In this document: positions 54,341 through 64,000 of the stretch, in pieces
Layout of the letters: the number at the start of each line of letters is the position of its first letter
How positions within the stretch are numbered: position 1 is the stretch's first letter
Assembly (NCBI GenBank): GCA_028534125.1
Contig: CM052816.1
Span: 28,770,001 to 28,834,000, forward strand
Length of the DNA: 64,000 nt
DNA from: Lama glama
Lineage: Eukaryota
Direction: 5' to 3'
Program-made: the position numbers and the translations under genes
The notes under the pieces: generated by a model
Told to the model about the DNA's origin: nothing
What the model saw: the letters and a program-made list of their open reading frames with translations, nothing else
The model's database searches: none

Positions 54341-57300
54341 TTTTCTTAGCTGGGATTGGTTCATAAACGACCCAGGCTAGGGAAAAGCAAATGGTAAAAG
54401 AAAAAGTATAAAAGTACAAAAACCCTTAGTCCTTGTTCACATCACTAAGCCACTGTATCCACCATCCTAAAGACCTCCTAACTTACATTACAATTTTCTT
54501 ACTGATTCTGATATAAGACAGTTTATTTCTACTTGGAATTCAAAGCATCCTCATGGTCAAAAGGGCTAAAGATAGTTCAGTTATTAATTTCAATTTACCA
54601 AAGGAATGAATATATTTGTTTTTTAAGTAAAATAAAAATAGAAATTTACCAGAGTTAGGTTTTGTCAAATCTTCTTGGAACTCATCCTTTTGGTCTAGAA
54701 AAGGTAAATCTATTTTCCTACAGTAATCTGGTTGCTACAAATTGAGAAATATGCATTAAATTCATGTATAATAAGCTAAAGTAAGGATTTAAAGTAGTTT
54801 GGTTTAATATTGTCTTATTGAAATGAACTCTGTTAGAAATCAGTATTTGTTTCTACTGGACACAGAGAAGAAATAGATTCAATGTTTCCAAGCTCCCCAT
54901 TAATTTTCTTTTAGTAAAAGAGAAAATATAATGTGAAAATTAATTCCAAATACTTTTTTCTTCCTTCTCTTTCCTTGATTTTTGGTACCACTTTGTGTAT
55001 CCAAGAGGATTGAGGATGTACGTGGTTTGATTTGGCAGTCTGTAAGGGGAATCTAAACCAACTTATACTAGATCAGTAAACTACAAAGACACTCTTGGAG
55101 TTTGTATCTTGTGTCTAACTTTAATTCACAGGGAAGTGTAATGAACCGACTAAAGGGAGCCAAAGCCCAGAACTAGTCATCAGAAAGAATAGAATCCACG
55201 GTATGTCTCTCCCAGACTATCTCAGGTAAACCTTTACTTCCACGGGAAATTCAAAACTTGCCTAGGAATCAGGAGTATCAAATCAAAATGGGCTCTCTTT
55301 TTAAATCTAGTTGAGTGGCGTTAAGCAAATAATTTAATTTTTCTAGCCTCAAGATAATCACATAGAAAAATGATTGGCTCTGTTGGCTAGTCTTGTAAGT
55401 CTGTCCCACAGCTAGACTTATCTTATTCCATCTCAGTTTTAGTTCCTTATTCAGAAAACAGTGTTGGGCTATTTAAATGTCCAGTCTCTCCCATTCATTC
55501 TCTCTCTGTCTCTGTGTATGTATGTGTGTATGTGTCTGTCTGTCTCTCTCCCCTAAGATTCAAACGTTTAATTACATAGCCTTTTTTTTATATAGATAAG
55601 GGTGAGAGAGAGCATTTGTCAAAGATGATTTATAGAATATATATTTGGTCTATGAAATAGGCTAAATTCAGCAGGATACAAGCAGAAAGCAGTATATTTT
55701 TTTCCTGGTCACGTTCTTGGCCCTATTCCCTCATATTATTTCAAAAGATCCCACAGCTTTCTGGTTACTTTTAGGTAAAACAAACAAAAGAACTCACTTT
55801 TGAGTTGTAAAACCAACAAACAAAAATCCAGTGCAATCTAACTCAGTACTACGTTCTCATATCCAATTTAAAATTTCTCCTCTCATCTTTCTCAGACTGC
55901 ACACAACCCTGAGTTAGAAAAGAGGGATATGTCCCTTTCTCTCTCTCTCCCTCTCGTCTTACTCTTCCATATCTACCCCTAAGAACTGTTGCTTTTGCCT
56001 TCTCCTGATGAAGGATGGAGGAAGGTAGAATTAGAACAAAGAGGGAAAATCTGACTCGTGCTTTTACAAGGTGATCATCAACTCTCCATGAGGCAGATGC
56101 ACACATGCTGGCTCTTTCTTGTTGGACACACAAGTGAGATCGTCAGTGATCCCCCACCAATCAGTCCTCACTACACCTTTGCCTGATGCAGGCTAGACAC
56201 TCACAACTGACTGCTTATCATTCCCCTAACACCTGCCTTCCAACATGAGGCCCACACTATCCCTATCTCCTGAGGTCTCATCACACCAAGAGACGTTCCT
56301 CTTGGTGAAAGTCCTTTTAAGACAGCTGTGGTCTGGCTACCTTTCAAGTATTCACTTGAACCATAAGAAGTCTTATACACTTTCCCAGCTAAACAGCACA
56401 AAAAAAGCTGGTTCCAAAGTGAATGATTTTCTTGCCTTACAATTAGAAGTAGCTCCAGCCAGATTCCTTCCTTCAGACTTTTCCAGATGAAAGTCAGGCA
56501 CCATTTTCTTTGAACCACAAATTACAGGGGACACGCACCTAGTTTTCCCAATAATTCCTTCCTACTCTCCTCCAGCAGCAGTTAGAACAGGCCTATATTG
56601 CTTTACCAGCCACAAAATAAGTGATGCCATTTGGAAAGCCACTTCCAATCTCTCTGATGGGTCCTTTTGTCATTCCTGCTTTTTGCTTGAGAAGAGGAAA
56701 CTCTTTGCCCCACCCTCATCTGAAAGGAAGAACAGGAAAACATCACAGTGCTTTTACCGCACAAATTCCTGTTAAAGACTCTCTCTCTAACCAGTATCTG
56801 GGCTTTACCCATGCAGGCTAGAGATCGGGATGTGACTGGGATCTCAGAGCTGGCTATGATACCTATTAATAAGGCTTCTATGTGTTATTTCAAGTGTTTT
56901 CCCTTAAAACATGAAAGGGATTATTACCCATTACCTTCAGTTGAAGGAAGGATTTAGCCAAAATTCTGAAACAATCAGGAATAGTGATCAGACCCTCAAA
57001 GGCTTGCACTTTACAGGCAAGCTTTGGCAAAATAAATTCTCTTTGAAACAGTATTTGTTATAAGGAAATGTTTTCTAAATTACTCACAAATTTAGCCTAT
57101 TTGAAATAAAATTTTGTGTCTGAAACATACAAAATGCTACTGCTTTTCCCTGAATGACATATTTTATGTACATCTCTGTTTAAGAGTACATGAAAACTTT
57201 TTATGTTTTCATCACTTCCTTTTTCAGAAACAGAAACTTTACTAAAACTCCCCTAGTTACGTCTCAAGGGTGCATATGTGAATTATACTGCAGCCAACAA

Positions 57301-57619
57301 ATAAAACTGCAGTGGAATCATCAATGTGACATTTATTTATTCAGGATATGAGCTTTGTGGGAATTCCCCTTTATCCTACTTCCGGTTATACTGAATTTGT
57401 TCTGCATTTGAGCCCATGGTAATCATCGGTTGTTGGAATTAATCATTTCATCCTCTTCATAATTACTATTAAAATATTTCTACTAAATTCCTACAAATGA
57501 TTTCTGTGCAGTTTATTCTCTAAGCAAAGAAAAGTGACGTGTGCTCTCCTTCAGGGTTTTCCATTTGGAGCCAAGAAATTCAAACAACAGATTCGTTGGA
57601 ATGGGTAGAGCATTTTACA

Positions 57620-57850
57620 GCCATAATTATTATTATCTCTATAATTGCCATCATCTTGAGTGCCTACAATGTGCTGAATTTATACCAGGCACTTTAATTA
57701 TATCATCTATAATCATCAAGTGACATGTGTGCTGTGGGGGCCTCTCCTTTTTATCTGCTTACAAAGGTGTGAGGGTTAACTGATGGGGTACTTCCAAAGA
57801 TCAGACTCGATGGGTCTTGAGCCAAAGTCAACTCTGATGCTTTATGAGTA
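57620..57850 (-). mobile_element. MIR SINE
   Basis: ttgagtgcctacaatgtgc...ccaggcacttt... Confidence 0.6.
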
Positions 57851-58709
57851 TGCGTCATTGACGCCATTAGGCCCTTTGTTGTCTAACAAACCTTAGGTCA
57901 GAATGACACAGAGCAGGCACTCTCCCTGGGACCTCTGGACCACCATCAGACAGACCAACATGATTAGCTATACTGCAAAAAGTTATAATGGGAAATATTT
58001 AAAAATAAGGCATGGCAATCTCAGATGAGTATAAAATGAAACATAACAAAGAGAAATAGTTGCGGTAAACTTAGCTATTCCTCTACATAGACACACTCTG
58101 ATCTCTACAGGAAGGGTTGCCTCAACTGGAGTTTCACTCCAGACCTGACTCTTGAGGTTGGCCGCCATACTCTTGTCCCACCCCTTTAAGCTGCTCACCT
58201 GAGAAAAGCAGCAGATTGCATGAGACAACACCAACACTTCTATTGAAATTTTGTGCCGTGCCTCTTTTTTGTAATTGGTGTTTAGTTAATGTACAGTATA
58301 ACATTGGTTTCAGGTATACAACACAGCAATATCATATTTGTGTAGATTATATTGTATTTAAAGTTATTATAAAATATTGCCTATATTCCCTATGCTTTAC
58401 AATATAGCCCTGTAACATTTATTTTATACATAGTAGTTTATACCTCTTAATCCCCTATCTCTGTCTTGCCCATTCCTGCATCCCTCTCCCCACTGTAACT
58501 GTTAGTTGATTGTTTATATCTGTGAGTCTGTTTCTGTTCTGTTATATTCATTCATTTGTTTTATTTTTTTAGATTCTACATCTAAGTGGGACATATAGTA
58601 TTTGCCTTTCTCTGTCTGACTTATTTCATTCAGCATAATATGCTCCAGGTCCATCCATGTAGTTGTAGATGGCAAATATTTTATTCTTTTTTATGGCTGA
58701 GTAATACTA

Positions 58710-58797
58710 TATGTGTGTATGCACACACACACACACATACACATACATGTATGTATGTATGTGTATATATACACACACACACACACACATACATACA
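58710..58797. repeat. Compound (CA)n/(TATG)n microsatellite inside L1
   Basis: Seen directly. Confidence 0.9.
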
Positions 58798-59110
58798 GAT
58801 GGCTAGGTTGCTTCCATATTTTGGCTATTGTACATATGCTGCTATGAATACTGGGGTTCATGTATCTTTTCAAACCAATGTTTTTATTTTCTTCAGATAT
58901 ACACCTAGCAGTGGAACTGCTGGCTCATATAGCACTTCTATCCTTAGTTTTTTTGAGGAAACTCCATACCGTTTTCCACAGATGCCACACCAATTTACAT
59001 TCCCAACAACAGTGTAGGAGGGTACCCTTTTCTTCACACTCTCTCCAGCATTTATTTGTAGACTTTTTGATGATAGACATTCTGACTGATGTGAGGTAAA
59101 ACCTCATTGT

Positions 59111-59280
59111 GTTTTTTTATTGTAGTTGATTTACAATGTTGTTGTCTAGTGTACAGCATTGTTGTTTAGTTATATATAATATATATTCTTTTTCATTGTG
59201 TGTTATTGTAAGATATTGAATATAATTCACTGTGCTAAATAGTAGAACCTTGTTGTTCATCTATTTTATATATAGTAAGC
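59111..59280 (-). mobile_element. Short L1 3' end nested in the larger L1
   Basis: T-run, gtagttgatttacaatgtt...aagatattgaatata...ctgtgcta...ttttatatatagt; same type as 37955-38112. Confidence 0.82.
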
Positions 59281-62200
59281 ACACATTCTACCATTCAGCT
59301 ATACCCTCCCCCATCATGTGCCTCTTAACCATCTGTATGTCTTCATTGGAGAATTGCTCGTTTAGGTCTCCTGCCCATTTTGTGATTGAGTTGTTTGGGT
59401 TTTTCTGTTACTGAGTTGTATAGCTGTTTATATATTCTGGAAATCAAGCCCTTGTCAGCTGCTTTGTTTCCAAATATTTTCTTGCTTTCATAGACTTTTC
59501 CTTTTGTTTATGGTTTCCTTTGCTGTGCAAAAGCTTATAAGTCTAATTAGATCCCATTTGTTTATTTTTGCTTTGTTTCTATTGCCTTGGTAGATGGACC
59601 AAGGAGAACACTGCTACGATTTATATCAGAGAATGTTTTGCCTACGTTTTCTTTGTTTTTCTTTTTCTAATTCTTTCAGATAGTGTGTTAGGTTGTTTAT
59701 TTGAGATTGTTCTTGTTTTTTGAGGAAGGCCTGTATCACTATAAACGTCTCTCTTAGGACTGCTTTTGCTGCATCCCATAGCTTTTGTGTGGTTGCGTTT
59801 TCATTGTCATTTATCTTGAGATTTAAAAAATTTTTTTTCTTTGATTTTTTTTGTTGACCCATTGGTTTTTTAGTAGCATGTTTTTCAGTTTCCACGTGCT
59901 TATTCATTTCCCGTTTTTATTTCTGTGGTTTATTTCTAGTTTTATACCACTGTGGTCAAAAAAGATGGTTGAAATAATTTCTATCCTCTTAAATTTGTTT
60001 AGATTTGTTTTGTGACCTAGTATGTAATTCACCCTAGAGAATGTTTTATGCTTGCTGAAAAGAATGTGTATTCTGGTTTTCTTGGATGTAGTGTCTTGTA
60101 GGTATCGATTAAGTCCAATTGATCTATTGTATCATTTAGTATCTCTCTTGCCTTACTGATTTCCTCTCTGGATGATCTGTCCATAGATGTCAGTGGGGTG
60201 TCAAAAATTTTCTACTAATACTGTATTCCTGTCAGTATCTCCCTTTATATCTGTTAGCATTTATCTTATATATTCAAGTGCTCCTATATTGGGTGAATAT
60301 ATGTTAATGAGTATACTAGCCTCTTCTTGTATTGATATAATATCCTTCTTTGTCTTTCTTTATGGCCTTTATTTTAAAGTCTGTTTTGTCTGATATGAGT
60401 ACTGCTACCCCTTCTTTCTTGTCATTCCCACATGCATGAAATATCTTTCTCCATTGCCTTACTTTTGGTCTGAGTATGTCTTTCACCCTAAAGTGAGTCT
60501 CTTGTAGGCAGCATGTTGCAGGTTCTTGTGTTCTTATACAATCTGCCATTCTATGTCTTTTTATCACACTTAGTCCACTGAAATTCAAAGTTATTATTGA
60601 AAAGTACATACTTACTGTCATTTTTAAACCTTGTTTTCCTATTGTTTTTGTAGTTCTTCTTTGTTCATTTCTTCTTTCTGATATTTACTTTTAAGGTTTC
60701 ATGATTTTCTTTTGTATTATACTTGAGTTCCTTTCTTTGTGTGTGTGTGTGTGTGAGTCTACTCTGTATTTCTGATTTGTGGTTACCATGGAGTTCAAGT
60801 ATGTTGGCCCAAAACTATAACTACTTGCTTTAAACTGGTAGTCATACAAGTTCAAACATACTCTAAAAGATCTTCATTTTACACTTCCTTCCCCAACATT
60901 TTGTGATTTTGATGTCCTACTTTCATTTTCACATTTATCCTTCTGCTGTTTATTGTAGTTACAATTGCTTTCATGATTTTTTCTTTTGTTTGTTTAAATC
61001 TATGTTCTGGCTCATTTAAATGATTTTTAACTCTTTTATATATTTGCCTTCTCTACTGTGATTTTCCCTTTCTTGCTTCTTTTCTATTTAAAGAAGATCC
61101 TTTAATATTTCTTTTAGGGTAGGTTTAGTACTGCTGAATTATTTCAGTTTTTGCTTAATCTGAGAAATTCTTTATCTTTCCTATTCTAAATGATAACCTA
61201 GAGTACCCTAGGTTTTAGGTTTTTAATTTGCAGGGTTTGAATATATAATGCCAATCCCTTCAGGTCTGCAACTTTCTGCAGACAAATCAGCTGATAGCCT
61301 TATGAGGATTTCCTTTTATGTAACTCTTTGTTTTCTCTTGCCGCCTTTAGAATTCTGTCTTAAACTTTTACCATTTTAATTATGATATATCTTAAATGTA
61401 GGCCTCTGAGTTCATCTTGTTTGGGACTATTTGTGCCTTCTATACCTAGGTATCTGTTTCTTTCTTCATGTTCAGGAATTTTTTAGCCATAATTTCATCA
61501 AATACATTTTCAACTCCTTTCTCTCTCTCTTCTCCTTCCAGGACCCCTATAATGTAACTGTTGGTATGCATAATGTTGTCCGGGAAGTCCCTAAAACAGT
61601 TCTCATTTTTTTAAATTAGTTTTTTTCCTTTCTGGTGTTCTAATTAGGTGTTTTCCATTATTCTCTTTTCCAAATCACTTATGCATTCTTCTGTATCACC
61701 TAGTTTGCTGGTGATTCCTTTTACTGTGCTTTACTTTTCAGTTATTGTATTATTCAGTTCTAAGTGGTTCTTTTTTTAAAATATTTTTCCAGTTCTTTGT
61801 TAAAATTCTCACTGTGTTCATCCACTCTTTTTCCTAGTTCATTTAACATTCTTATTAATTATGGTTTTAACTCTTTATCTAGTAAATTACTTATCTCTGT
61901 TAAATTTGTTATTTTTTTCTTGTTCTTTCATTTAAAACAAATTCCTCTATCTTCATTTTGCTTAAATTTCTCTGCCTCTGTGAAATTAGGTAAAAGTTAC
62001 CTATCCAGGGCTTGAGGGATGTCCTCGTGTGGAAGTTCCCCTATAGTCTGCATTTTTCCTGTGGCTTTGTTGGGAAAACTGCATCTAAAGTCAGCACAAG
62101 TCATGTCTTTCTCCAGGGTAGACTGGCAGCTATCCCCTTGGTGGGGATGGAGTTGGAGGGGCTAGAGCCAGAGAAAAGTTTGAGATGGGGCTTCTCCTCT

Positions 62201-62939
62201 CCTCAGTAGCCAACATCACCCAATTGGGGGTGGGGTGGGTCTCAAGTTGCAGAAGCCATGAGGGTTGAGTTTGAGCTGGTTTGAGTTCCATACACGTGCT
62301 CATTGGTACCTTTACCCCATAAGGAAACAGTGCTGGAGGAAGAGGGGCAAGAACAGGCGCTTGGCGTGGGTTGAGGCACAGGCTGGCATGGTCCTGGAAC
62401 TAGCTAGAGTTATGAAGTACTCCTGATCTACCACGTTCACAAGTGCCAGTACTGGCTGTTCTCACCCTGTTCACTGGTCATGCCAGGTCTGAGCCATTTA
62501 TGTCTACACAACTGCATACTCTCCTTGGTGGCAACAGCCTTTGCCCTAATAGGAAGCTGTGCCATAGAGTAAGAGGGGCCCGAATGGGTGCTCTAGGTGG
62601 TCCGGGTCACATGCTGGGATTGTCCTAGCACCAGACCAGTCAGAGGTCCAGTACCACTCCAGATCTGCCACCCCTGTGAACACCAGTACTGGATATCCCT
62701 GCCCCTTTCACATGCCATGCTAGGTCCAAGCTAGCTTAGTCCCCCATGAGTGTGCATTCTCCTTGGCTGTGGCAGCCTCCACCTACAGGGGAATCAGAGG
62801 GGCCAGACTGGGCATTCATCTCATCAGAGTGGGCGCAAGCTGGGGCAGTCACAGGAAATGGGCCAGAATCATGGGCAGTTCCAATCTGCTTCCTCCATCT
62901 TGCTTCAGGAGTAAGCAATGTTCCTATTTATTTGGCTTG

Positions 62940-63090
62940 GCTATCACTTAGCAGGCAACTCAAAATCCCTTGGCCTCAACTTCTCTGTATGTAGAGTAAG
63001 GATGCTTTCCTTAGAAGATAATGTGAAGAGTAGAGCTATGAATAAAGCACACAGAGTATCATCTTCTACATAATAGATGCTCAATAAACA
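62940..63090 (+). mobile_element. MIR SINE
   Basis: ggcctcaacttctctgtatgta...tgtgaag...aaagcac...atagatgctcaataaa. Confidence 0.7.
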
Positions 63091-64000
63091 GTAAATTTGA
63101 CCACTAATGTTTATTGCATCACTTGCCTAAAGTCATTCAGCCATTAAGTAACAAATGGATTTACACTCTCAGTCTCCTTCAACAGCACTGACTAATCCTC
63201 ATTATCAATAGAATCAAAGTAACTAGAGGCAAAACATTTAAAAACATTCCAGGAGAAGAGTTTCCACTATCTCCATAAGTGATTTTCCAAGTGCTCCTGA
63301 ATAATATTTGACCCTTTCTTCACAAGGGTATTGAAGAGAGACAGGGAGACCAGGTACCACTCTCTTCAAGCATGATCTTTGATGCCAAATATAGAAACTG
63401 GAATTTCCACTTTAGAAGGTTTCTAGTAGTAGGTTTTATGCTACAAGGGATATTTTATAGGCCTGAAACTGGCAAATTCTTCAATAGGGGTGAGTAATAT
63501 TCAATTTCATGACTTTGACTTTTATATTTGATTATAAGCTGCTACCAGAAATCCTTATTTCAGTAAATTATTAAAATTTAAGAAATATTCTTATTCTTAA
63601 GTGAGTATAAATATATTAATAGCTTTTACTGATATTACCAGTTCAGTATTCTAAAAGGACCTACTTCCTTTTAACAAATGGAAAAGATACAGAAATCCTA
63701 CTGAGCATAGCCACACATGCATTTAGTTAGAATTGCTACAATTTGGGAGAAAACTAATTTCCTTCCAGTTAATCATCAGTGTTACCTTGATTTAATTATG
63801 TCCTACCATTGATACCATTTTGACTTTTGAAAATTATGAATTTCTGTTACAGGAATCTCATTAGTATAAAAGCTTATTTGTTTGTCAGTGTCCTATAGAT
63901 GTATATTGGCATCAAGAATATTTTTCTAAAATTTCCTAACAACTAGACTTCAAGACACTTATGTACTTAGGTTTGAGAAGTTATTCTTAGCACTGTCACT

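Larger units (their letters stand above)
58264..62915 (-). mobile_element. LINE-1 with 5' UTR, ORF1 remnant, EN domain, RT region deleted, ORF2 C-terminus and 3' UTR
   Basis: ORF 60316-60621 is the EN N-terminus (SIITLN...CCLQETHF...GVAVLISDKTDFK); 59626-59907 is the linker (LWDAAKAVLR); 58925-59107 is the cysteine-rich region ([21 protein letters not shown]); GC-rich 5' UTR about 62000-62915. Confidence 0.92.

Noticed and set aside
1..64000. CRISPR array, prokaryotic operon, tRNA/rRNA genes or CpG-island promoter
   Set aside because: No repeat-spacer periodicity, gene-dense ORFs, RNA-gene motifs or CpG island seen; the sequence is mammalian repeat-rich DNA

Overview
This is AT-rich, CpG-depleted placental-mammal genomic DNA, intronic or intergenic. 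It is most likely cetartiodactyl and probably camelid, judged from the young L1 3' end at 14.5-15.2 kb, a Tigger1a_Art-like element, MER41-like artiodactyl LTRs, and no visible Alu/B1/BovB/Bov-tA/PRE1/SINEC. Roughly half the window is interspersed repeat: L1 of several ages, L2, MIR, MaLR/ERVL/ERV1 solo LTRs, hAT and Tigger MITEs, and microsatellites. I recognise no intact host protein-coding gene, RNA gene or CRISPR array. The recognisable ORFs are L1 ORF1/ORF2 fragments, and most others are chance ORFs in repeats. The points of interest are two L1s that keep both ends but lack the RT region, a tandem-unit L1 5' UTR, nested insertions with readable order, microsatellites arising at homologous L1 sites, and a few low-confidence exon-like segments in repeat-poor DNA. 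I found no supportable novel biological system. Family names come from my recollection of consensus sequences, not from a search, and most boundaries are approximate.
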